NCBI RefSeq assembly: GCF_009914755.1
Contig: NC_060938.1
Length of the DNA: 64,000 nucleotides
Source of the DNA: the human T2T-CHM13v2.0 reference genome, Homo sapiens
Reading direction: 5' to 3' (one strand)
The notes under the pieces are model-generated. The model had not been told where the DNA came from. It made no database searches and saw nothing but the letters and a program-made list of their open reading frames with translations. Positions 53,485 to 64,000 of the stretch are shown piece by piece (position 1 is the stretch's first letter; every line of letters starts with the position of its first letter). The position numbers and the translations under genes were made by a program.

Positions 53485-55824
53485 TGATAATGGTTTGGCT
53501 GTGTCCCCACCCAAATCACATCTTGAATTATAGTTCCCATAATCCCCATGTATCATGGGAGGGACCCAGTGAGAAGTAATTAAATCACGGGGGCAATTAC
53601 CCTTATGCTGTTCTCATGATAGTGAGTGAGTTCTCACAAGATTTGATGGTTTCATAAGGGGATTTTCCCCCTTTTGCTTGGCATTTCTCCTTCCTGCTGT
53701 CATGTGAAGAAGGATGTGTTTGCTTCCCCTTCCACCATGATTGTAAGTTTCCTGAGGCCTCCCCAGTCATGTGAAACTGTAAGTCAGTTAAACCTCTTGC
53801 TTTATAAATTACCCAGTCCTGGGTATTTCTTCATGTCAGGCTGAGAATGGACTAATACAGTAAATTGGCACCAGGTAGTGGGATACTGCTGTAAAGATGC
53901 CTGAAAATGTAGAAGCACCTTTGGAACTGGGTAACATACAGAGGATGGAACAGTTTGGAGGGCTCAGAAGAAGAGAGGAAGATGGGGAAAGTTTGGAACT
54001 TCCTGGATACTTGTTGAATGGCTTTGACCAAAATGCTGATACTGACATGGACAATGAAGTCCAAACTGAGGTGGTCTCAGATGGAGATGAGGAACTTGTT
54101 GGGAACTGGAGTAAAGGTGACTCTTGCTATGCTCTAAAAAAGAGACTGGTGGCATTTTGCCCCTGCTCTAGAGATCTGTGGAACTTTGAACTTGAGAGAG
54201 ATGATTTAGGGTATCTAGTAGAAGAAATTTCTAAGCAGCAAAGTGTTCAAGACGTGACTTGGGTGCTGTAAAAAGCATTCAATTTTATATATTCACAAAG
54301 ATAGAATTTGGAATTGGAAATTGTTTAAATGAGAAGCAGAGCATAAAAGTTTGGAAAATTTGTAGCTTGCTGATGTGCCAGAAAAGAAAAACCCATTTTC
54401 TGAAGAGAAATTCAAGCCAGCTGCAGAAATTTGCATAAGTAATGAACCAAATGTTAATCACCATGATAATGGGGAAAATGTCTCCAGGGCATGTCAGAGA
54501 CCACAACAGTCCCTCCCATCACAAACCTGGAGGCCTAGGAGGGAAAAATGGTTTCCTGGGCCAGGTCCAGGGCTCCCCTGCTGTGTGCAACTTGAGTCCC
54601 AGCTGCTCCAGCCATGGCTAAAATGTGCCAAGGTACAGCTCAGGATATTGTTTCAAAAGGTGTAAGCCCCCATTCTTGGCAGCTTCCACATAGTGTTGGG
54701 CCTGTGATTGTATAGAAGACAAGAATTGAGTTTGGTGAACTTCTGCCTAGATTTCAGAGGATGTATGGAAACACCTGGATGTCCAGGCAGAAGTCTGCTG
54801 CAGGGGCAGAGCCCTCATGGAGAAGCTCTACTAGGGCAGTGCAGAAGGGAAATGTGGGGTTGGAGCCCCCACACGGAGTCCCTACTGGGGTACTGACTAG
54901 TAGAACTGTGAGAAGAGGGCCACTGTCCTCCAGAACCCAGAATGGTAGATCCACTGACAGCTTGCATTATGTGGCTGGAAAAGCTGCAGACACTCAACAG
55001 CAGCCATGAAAGCAGCCAGGAGGGGCACTGTACCCTACAAAGCCACAGGGGCAGTGCTGTCCAAGCCATGGGAGCCCACCTCTTGCATCAGCATGCCCTG
55101 GATGTGAGACATGTAGTCTAAGGAGATAGTTTTGGAACTTTAAGGTTTAATGACTGCCCTATTGGATTACTTGCATGAGGCCTGTAGCCTCTTTGTTTTG
55201 GCCAATTTCTCCCATTTGGAATGGGTATATTTACCCAATGCCTATACCCCCATTTTATCTAGGAAGTAACTAACTTCTTTTATTTTACAGTCTCATAGGT
55301 GGAAAGGACTTGCCTTGTCTCGGATGAGACTTTGGACTTGGACTTTTGAGTTAATGCTGGAATAAGTTAAGAATTTGGGGGACTGTTGAAAGGGCGTGAT
55401 CATGTTTTGAATTGTGAGGGCATGAGATTTGTGAGGGGCCAGGGGCAGAATAATATGGTTTGGCTATGTTTGCACCTAAATCTCATCTTGAATTTTAGTT
55501 CCCATAATCCCCATGTGTTATGGGAGGGACCCAGTGGGAGGTACTTGAATCATGGGAGTGGTTACCCTCATGCTGTTCTCATGATAGTGAGTGAGTTCTC
55601 ACAAGAGCTGATGATTTTATAAGGAGGTTTTCCCCCTTTTGCTCAGCACTTCTCCCTGGTGCCACCATGTGAAGAAGGACATGTTTGCTTCCCCTTCTGC
55701 CATGATTGTAAGTTTCCTGAGGCCTTTCCAGCCCTGGTGAACTGGAGTCCATGAAAGATCTTTCCTTTATAAATTACCCAGTCTCAGGTATTTCTTCATA
55801 GCAGTGTGAGAATAAACTAATATA
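53485..55824 (+). mobile_element. Complete THE1C MaLR retrotransposon (5'LTR 53485-53859, internal 53860-55450, 3'LTR 55451-55824)
   Basis: Two THE1C-type LTRs; internal region with MaLR ORF remnants (MPENVEAPLELGN...WSKGDSCYAL...LGYLVEEISKQQS); polypurine tract AGGGGCCAGGGGCAGAA before the 3'LTR; TSD TGAGC/TAAGC. Confidence 0.95.
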
Positions 55825-57339
55825 TAAGCCTTATTATTCTCATGTGATATAACAAAATATATTAATGTAGATGTGTTTACAGACATCTTCTTTATTCCAG
55901 CTCAACAGCCCAAATTCTTTTCACCTTCTGTAAAGAAGAGTGACTGGAAGAGAGACTAAGTTAATTGAGATAATTAATAAGTGAGTGAGAGAATAAATGA
56001 ATTATAGAGGAGGAACCAAAAGCACAGAGCTGGAAGTGGAACAGGAGGTTCTCAGCAATTTTAAAAGTGAAGGCACCGTAGCAGTGGAAGTATATAAAGG
56101 GAGTAAAGTCAGGCTGGGAAAACAGAAGGCAAAAATAGTGTTCATCTAGACTGTGTGTCAGATTACTTCTAATATCCTTCAAGGTACTTGAGTGAGGAAT
56201 AATTTCCTCTTATGTTTCTATTGGTATTGGGTTGTCCTTTTGGATGAGGCTCAGCTCAGAGACTGAACCATGTGATGTCTGTGTATTTTAGGGTTGCACT
56301 CACTTTGCATTAATTTTAACTGAGAGTTAAAGGGGTTAAGTGCCTTGCCTAAGATCACATACTCAGAAAATGCAGAGAGCTTACTCCAGCCCAGGTTTGT
56401 TCATTTCAGATACATTAGTCTCAATTCAGCTTTGGTTGAAGTCACCTGTGATGAATTTGTTGCATGATATAGTTTTCTGGGGGAAAGATTTCTTTTAATA
56501 CATGGTAAGTATATAGTACCCCTTTTATAGTTGGATAGATTAGTTCTTTAAATTTCTTTTGTAAAGAGGATAGATTAGTAATGGTCAAGTGTCATTGAGT
56601 GATTCAGACGAATAGTTCCATGATTAAATCTTGTTTCCTTTACTTTTTGTATAATGCTAATGTATCCCTTAAAATAAAAACTCCATTTAGTTTTCTTCAG
56701 TTCATTTAATCATGGCATTGTTACTGTAAGAAAGTTCTTCTCCTAATGGTTTCTAATTGCTCTTAAAATCTTGTTTGAATCCCAGAACAAATCTCTGTGT
56801 TATATGTCACCAGTGACCCACCCTTACTTTCTCTCATTTACTGCCTTTCATAAGCAGAAAGCATTTATTTTTTGGGTATTTTTGCTTATTTTTTAAAAAT
56901 AAATAACATTGATTTTTAATCCTGGGATATGGAAGATAGTTTAAAGAAAACAGCAGTGTCGGTGGATAGCAATTACCACCAACAAAATATCTTCTGGGTA
57001 TTTGATCTATGAACTTTGTTTGCACTCCTGCCCACATCAGTTTTTGTAACCCTTCCAACTTCCTCCTAAGGGCAAACTCACTGACATTTCCACAACTGTT
57101 CACCTTTCTGATCCTGATAGGATTACTATATATTTTGTTTAGGTTTCTAGATATGATAAGACTATCTACCTATCCAACTTGGATCTGTGGCACTTTATTT
57201 TCCTATTAATTTTAAATTCAGGATTTAAAAAAGATACTTACATAGTGATAAAATGAGTTGACTCACACCCTGCATTATTCTAAACCAAAATTAAGTTATA
57301 TTAATACATTCTCTTTAATCAAGGGTAAATTCACATGCC

Positions 57340-57600
57340 CCATTGTGGTTAGTGAAGTGGTGAAGGGAAAGTTGAAGCCAAACAGCCTATGTCTTAATTC
57401 TAACTCAGCCACTAACTAGCTGTGCAATCTTGGACAAGGCCCTGAAACTCTCTGGGTCTCAGTTTTCTCATTTCTACTAAAAGGACAATAATAGTACCTA
57501 TTACCTAGAGTTAGGAAGATGAAGTTAACAAAGTGATAGTGTATTAAAGCGTACCTGACACATAGGAAACATTCAGTATATATTGTCTGCTATTATTAAA
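57340..57600 (+). mobile_element. MIR SINE, near full length
   Basis: CTCAGCCACTAACTAGCTGTGCAATCTTGGACAAG...CTCAGTTTTCTCAT...AATAATAGTACCTA. Confidence 0.8.
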
Positions 57601-57719
57601 GCTCCTACACTTATTAGGTAGGTGAACTTAATCAGATTATTTGACTTTAATAAACAGCAATGATCATATTTATAAAGTAGGGATTGTAAAATATAATGCA
57701 GTGAGTTTACAAGTGTCAT

Positions 57720-57850
57720 AATGTGAAATATATAAATATAAATTACATATATAAAATATATAAATATAAATTACATATGTAAAATATATAAATATACATT
57801 ATATAAATTATGTATGTAAAATATATAAATATAAATTACATATGTAAAAA
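57720..57850. repeat. AT-rich minisatellite, ~28-bp unit, ~4 copies
   Basis: Unit TATGTAAAATATATAAATATAAATTACA. Confidence 0.88.
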
Positions 57851-58397
57851 GTACATAGCCATGTTTTGACTCATAAAGAGCATTCATTAAATGTGGTTAC
57901 AATTTTTAGAAGACATTATCAGTAATATTATCAGTAATAGAATAAGACCTACAAAAAAGGGTAGGGGAGAGAGTTTCATGTTGTATAAGGGGAGTGTTGA
58001 TTTAAAAGCCTTAGATTAAAATCTGCAAATGAAACTAAATTAAAGGTGTTTTGAAGTGATTTTAACCGCCAAACAAATTGCATTTAATACATAATAATTA
58101 CTTTATTCTCCCATTAAAATAATTATTTTTAAGTGAATAACAGCTTCTTTGACCACCCTACCTGTAGTTGCAGTAACAGTCTACCAGTTGTCTTTCCAAA
58201 TTTGTATGATGTCATCAGCAGCTTAATAGAGCATTAGATGAGAATGTCTGAGCATTACTATGCTGACTTTGTAAAATTGTAATCCAAAAGCAAAGAATCT
58301 TGACAGCTTAGACAGTTGGTTTGATCTTATTATTAATGAACAGAAGATATATCTTAGGCTATTTTAAAAGTGAATTTATAATAAGATTTCTACTTCC

Positions 58398-58823
58398 TAT
58401 GTTAGCTAGAGTAAACACTAGCTAATAAACCACCCTCCTAAACCTCAGCAAACTAGCCCAAGAAAAGAGTTTAATTTTGGTATTAGTATTGCTCACTCAC
58501 ATAAAGCCCAAGCAATTAGGAGCAGAGGAAGGGATGTGAGGGTTTGCTCTATAGAGTCATAGAGGATCCAAGGTGACAGAGCCTCTGTCATCTTCCACAC
58601 AGGCCTTCCAAGATGGTTCTAGCCAAATCCAGCTAGCCAACATCTCTGGAAATGACAAGCATCACTTTTGGTCATATTTCATTGGTCAGAAGTTAGTCAG
58701 AGGGTACCTAGTTGCAAGGGAAGCTGGGAAATGTAGTCTGGCTGGCATTGCTTTGTTGCACTAACTCAGTCCTGTGGAAAAGGAGCACAAATATTTGGTG
58801 GACAGTAAATGATCTGTGTCATA
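58398..58823 (-). mobile_element. Old MaLR LTR (MLT1J/K-like)
   Basis: CATTGGTCAGAAGTTAGTCA, GCAAGGGAAGCTGGGAAATGTAGTCT, ATATTTGGTGGACAG. Confidence 0.65.
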
Positions 58824-59699
58824 TCCTTATTACTCAGATCCATAGTAATAATGTCTGTTTTTATCTCCTTTTCTAATTCCTAGTAAAGAAGCAATCAAAT
58901 AAAAAGAAATAAAAACACTGAACAGTATGTGTTCATTTGTCTCATCCATTATTGTATATAGTGCCTGATACAGAGTTCAGTATATATTCAGTATATATAG
59001 TACCTGATACAGAGTTCATGATATTCAATAAATATCATGAGTGATCAAACACATATTCTCTGCCTTCTTCTCTTCCTCCCTTCCTTTTTTCTCTTTTTCT
59101 TGCTTCTTTTATATCTCTTTCTTTTTTTCTGATCCCAAACACTTTAGAGTCTTTAATTTGAGCTAGATTCTATGATAAGTGATTGAAGAATCAAAGACAT
59201 ATTTAACCTTGGGGAAAGTCATAATGGGAATAAAGGAAAAAACATTAATATAAAGTATTAGTAAACATTTCTAAATTACTGATTTCATTAAAATATTTAA
59301 CAGTCTTATGAAAGACTAAAGAATCATTTTGAGTTCATCTACTAGGCATGGACAAGCCACTTCAGGAAGTTTAATATCCTTCTTTGTGCCTTTGGGTTTA
59401 ATCTGTGCTAGTGATACCCCAGCCTTGACAGAATTGCTGCCCCAATGGCCCAGGCTGTGGGATTCTGCACAGGAAAGACCACTTCATGGTGAAAATTCTC
59501 TAAAGTTTTGCTGTGAATCATACCATAACCTAAGATCTGTGTTATGGTAAACTGGATACTGTAGTGGTGGAGGATGTCTAACTTCGTTTTGTGTTTCACA
59601 GAGTTTCAAGAGTTTTCCTGTAAGCCTCTTTAGTCTTTGTATATTTAATGTGCTCCAATCCTACTTACATCTCAACTGTGTTCTTTCTGATGGCGATGG

Positions 59700-59940
59700 T
59701 GATGATAGTGCCAATCATTTATTTAGCACTAACAACTGTGTGCTCGACACTGTACCAATATTATTAGAACTATTATTTCTTTTACTCATCACATCAGCCC
59801 TATTAGATATTTAGAGATTTGGAAAATTATGTTCAGATAGATTTGGTAACTTGTCTAAGGTCAGACATGTTAGGAAAAGGCAGAGCTAGAATTCAAATAC
59901 AGTTTTGACTGAGCTCAAAGCTTGTGTAATCACCACTTAG
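59700..59940 (-). mobile_element. MIR SINE
   Basis: CATTTATTTAGCACT...TAACTTGTCTAAGGTCA...GGCAGAGCTAGAATTCAAA. Confidence 0.7.
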
Positions 59941-60027
59941 GCTGATGATTTGTTTAGGCTATTGAGAGAGAAAGATTATTTTATCTTTCTTTTTTTTTCT
60001 GGAAAGAGGGATGTATACAGATCTTTT

Positions 60028-60091
60028 AGTAGTAAAATTTTGCCACTACATTCAGTGACAAAAACAGGAGTTACTTTTGCACCAACCTGAT
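60028..60091. mobile_element. MADE1 (Hsmar1 mariner MITE), partial
   Basis: TTTTGCCACTAC...CAAAAAC...TTACTTTTGCACCAACCT. Confidence 0.75.
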
Positions 60092-61455
60092 AACTCTTCA
60101 AAATGTTTGGTGAGGCTGGACTCAAACATAAGTGCATGGATGCCTGATTTTTTTCCCCCAGTATTCAAGAACCTCAGGGTTTTCCTGAATGTGCTATAGA
60201 CATTCCAGGGACCTCCTAAGTTTTGAACATTGCATTATTATGAAGATTAGGTCCATAAGTTTTATCAGATTTTCTAAAATACGAGTAAACATTTTTTAAA
60301 CCCAAGGTTTGCTGCCAACTTCTCTCCTCTACAGATCCTGGAAAGAAGAAAGAAATGGCTTCTAACAAAAAGAAGGGGAGGATTTCCAGCTCATTTCTAA
60401 TTCAGGCTCATTGGAGAAGGAAGTGGCATGGGTGACGATAAGCAGCAGTTTTTATGTCTGAAGGAAACTGAAAACAGCATCTCACTGGGGTGGCCAGGAG
60501 CTCTTCTGCTGAAGTCTCTGTGTATCCAGAATGCCTGGGATTGGATTCTTGTCCTGTTGCCTCTGACTTCCTAGAAGTGGCCTCTGGGCCGTCTTTATTT
60601 ATTAAATCATCTGGGTATGATCTGGCTCTGATATTTTGGCATTCGGGAGTGGCAGACCAAGCTCAAATTGCAATAGTCCTTTAAAAAGATGTTTCTAAAA
60701 GCCAGATATGCACTGACATTTCAGAAAGAACATTTGTGCCTAATTTCCAGCTGCCAAGTTATAGTTCATCATTCAGCTTCATATTGGAGGCCTTCAGGCT
60801 TTGATTTATTTAGGAAACATTGGTGAACAATGGGATCATGATCTGCAACATGACAGATGTAGGAAGTCCATGTCCCCTAAAGGAGGTTTTCTGGAGACTC
60901 CTAACAATTAAGAGAATCTGTTCTGTTTCTAAGTTGACAGCAAATTATTGAATTCTGAGTATCCAGAATGAGTTTGGGGAGTAAGAGTTGTGAAGGGCAG
61001 ACATTAACTGCTTATTTAAGACATAATACCTGTCCTTTGGAAACTTATGGTTTGTTAGGGGGTAGTGTCCTAGAAACAATGTAAGACAATTTGTTACCAA
61101 ATGATAAATAGAACTTTAAAACAAAAATTTTCCTACTGTCAGGGAAACTAAGTTTTCCTTTTCTTTGAAGGCATGGAGAAGTGCCGAGCAGTGTGTTACT
61201 TTTCCTCTATTCCCTGGTTCGTTCCTCACCCACGTCAGTTTTTCTTCATATTTGTCTTTATTGGAACCCACAAAGTTTATTCAAAGTTATTATCAGTTTC
61301 TTCCCTTTTGTGAAGAAAATTCAATTTTTATGAATTAGATTTTTAAGATGGCTTGTAATGTACCCATACAGCCAGGTATAAGAAATTACCTGGTAGCTTC
61401 ACTGATGCAGATGACAGATACCTGTGGGGACTTACAGTCTAGTTGGGAGAGTAAT

Positions 61456-61457
61456 CA

Positions 61458-61488
<31 letters not shown>
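61456..61488. repeat. (CA)n microsatellite, ~16 units
   Basis: Seen directly. Confidence 0.96.
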
Positions 61489-62377
61489 CCCAGATTTGGC
61501 ATGAGAAGAACAACGCTGAAGTCGATATCTGCCTATTTTGTTTATAATGGTGTGACCTTGGGCAAGTCACTTAATTTTTCAATGTATTTTCTCATCTATA
61601 AGATGGGAGATATCTTATATCCTAAGGCTATTGATTATGTCAGATGGAATCTCATCTGAGAAAATACCTTAGAAATTGTACAGTATGATAAAAATATTGA
61701 CTTTTATTTTCTAAATCATACATAGCAAGATGCAGGACTAGTTTAATTGTTGTCACTTTTAGAATCCGATTTTCACATCATCATTCCATTTCTTATGATA
61801 TTTAACATGACAAGCAAAAGACCTTGTTCAAAGGGGAAGAACAAATAAGATTAATTCTCTGTAAATCCTTTAAAATTTTATTATCCATCTCTTCACTGGG
61901 GAAATGTCTAGATACATTTTCCTAAGTGGTTCCATCTTTCTGTAAATGGCTATTGACCTGCTGAGTGCAGTTTTGCTTTCAGAGAAGCATTGCACTTGGT
62001 GTGTGATTTGAGTTTGGGATCATGACCTTATTTCCTTTGCACTTGATTGCTTTACTTCACCAACTGCATCCCTGATTTTGATATTATCTGTGGCTAGCTC
62101 CTTTCATGATTTTGGGAATGGCTACCTCTCAGTTTTCTGAATATTTTTTAGTACTTGCTGTTACAATGTAGACATTGCAATAATGTTCTAAAATTATATG
62201 TACATTTACTTACTCAACACAAATTTAAAGAGTACCTGATAAGAGCTGGTACTCTGAGTACTGAGCACTGAGTACCTGGTAGAATCATTAATACAGAAGA
62301 CAAAGCTCTGGCCTCAAGGATTCTGCAGTACAGCAGCAGGGAGGTAAAACACACATACCACATTTGTTTACTGCAAG

Positions 62378-62825
62378 TGTGGGAGGTAGATAGGTGTCCC
62401 CTAAAAACATGTGTTCCCAGAACCTGTGACGTGACCTTACTTGGAAAAAGGGTCTTTGCAGATGTTTAAGTTAATAATCTTGTGATGAGATCATCCTGGA
62501 TTGTACAGGTGGGCCCTAAATCCAGTGAAAACTATCTTTGTAAGAGACAGATGAGGAGAAGACGTAGAGACTTGTGAAACAGAAGGCCATGTGAAGACAG
62601 AGGCAGAGATTGGAGGGATATAACCAGAAAGAATGCCCATAGGCAGCAGAAATTGGAAGAGGTAAGAATTGGATTGTTGCCTAAAGCCTTCAGAAGGAGT
62701 GTGACCCTGTCAGCATTTGGATCTCCGACTCTGGCCTTTAAAACTGAGAGAGAAAAAAATTTCTGTTGTTTTAAGCCAGTGAGTTTGTGGTAATTTTTTA
62801 ATGGCAGCCATGAGAAACGAATACA
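62378..62825 (+). mobile_element. MLT1C-like MaLR solo LTR
   Basis: GTGACCTTACTTGGAAAAAGGGTCTTTGCAGATG, GAGATCATCCTGGATT, TTTCTGTTGTTTTAAGCCA, ending AATACA; TSD GCAAG/ACAAG. Confidence 0.88.
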
Positions 62826-64000
62826 ACAAGGAACAGGATAATCTACAAAATACATGAATTATACAAGAGCATCAGAAGTTTGTGGAAATTTAGTATAAAA
62901 AACACCTCTTATTGAAAGTGTGATTGTTACTATACAGTCAGTCCAGAAGCACTGAATTATGAAAATATCATTGCCTGGTATGTGTCAGTTATGTTTATAA
63001 TAATATAAATAATCTAAGCACACATTGTGTCCTGTAATTTTAATTTTACTCTAACATCCCATGCAAAGGTTTAACTGTAGGTGGCCATTTCATGAAACAA
63101 ATGCCAATTTCTCATGGACCAATGTTCTCCCAGCAGAGGAAATATATCTTCCTGCCCACACTGGGCTACAACATCACTAAAATTACAAGCAGAAAGGAGG
63201 TCTGCATTTCTATAGCCTCTTCTTTTCTTATCTAGTAGTAAATGGTTATAAACTTGACATTTTCCAGTTACAAACATAAGTAATAATATTGTAATAACAA
63301 AAGGGAAGGTCCAATCCTATAGATCCCACTGATGGTGATAGAGTAAATCAAGGAATTTGGAAGAAGTGGTATCTAGTTTCACAAGTTGAAAAACCAGAAT
63401 TATCTTCAGGCATTCATAATTTCAGTGTCATGGGTTAAGGTGTTTGGGGGCAAAATGAGTTTCTGGCTGTGGGATGGATTTGAGTGGTGTTAGCAATCAT
63501 TCAATAACAGAAGCCACTGAAGCAGCCTTCGTCTCCCTAATCAAAATGCTGCCATCATACCATTTTGCTCCCAAAATATGCTAAAAGTAAGGCACCAACG
63601 GTAATAAGTAGTATAGGTAATTTTTAAGTACCATAAAAGTTTACAATATTAACAGTTACATTTGTTAATTTTGTCTGGCTTAGTTGGTGGTGACTTCAGA
63701 TGGTAACTGGGTGGAATAAGACTTCTAAGCCCACATAAGACAGGATGGTGTGATCTTTCTGGGAGGGTGCCACGTCTGTCCAATATTGATACAATAGCGC
63801 ACCAGTGGCAGCTTCTTGGTTGGGCCAAGTAAGCCTTCTCAATGTATTTACTCCTTCAGTATTTATAACAATCAGGAAGCTGTAATTATTGTCCATATTT
63901 TACTAATGAAGTAACTAAAACTTAGAGAAGATAAGCAATTTGTCTGAGGTCATGCTCTAGTAGTGAGCAGAGCCAGAATCTGAACTCTGGCATGATGACT

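Noticed and set aside
53897-55009. ORFs of 124, 96 and 82 aa that look protein-like
   Set aside because: Broken remnants of the THE1/MaLR internal ORF, interrupted by stops and frameshifts; not a host gene
60321-60435. Acceptor-like TCTCTCCTCTACAG followed by a short lysine-rich frame
   Set aside because: Frame stops after about 33 codons with no clear donor and no recognisable protein

Overview
AT-rich, CpG-poor human genomic DNA. An AluYa5 with all five diagnostic bases points to Homo sapiens. The window looks like a large intron, or the upstream region of a large gene. I recognise no protein-coding exon. The ORF-track entries are chance ORFs or come from repeats (Alu, MER11, THE1-internal). 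Roughly half the window is layered transposable-element fossils: MIR/L2, hAT/Tigger/Mariner MITEs, MLT1/MER34/MER31 LTRs, L1MA/L1PA, seven Alus, a MER11 solo LTR, and a complete THE1C retrotransposon with both LTRs. The most unusual item is a ~75-bp ancient mitochondrial ND2 fragment (NUMT) with a templated 20-bp duplication, inserted cleanly inside an AluSc at 27494-27587. Other highlights: a repeat-free, CpG-enriched promoter-like block with MEF2, E-box and MEIS motifs and candidate minus-strand 5' exons (about 7.2-8.05 kb); a 207-bp non-tandem local duplication; and a possibly polymorphic AluYa5. I found no credible evidence for a novel multi-gene system, and I could not identify the host gene. 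Repeat family names come from remembered consensus sequences and need Dfam/RepeatMasker confirmation.
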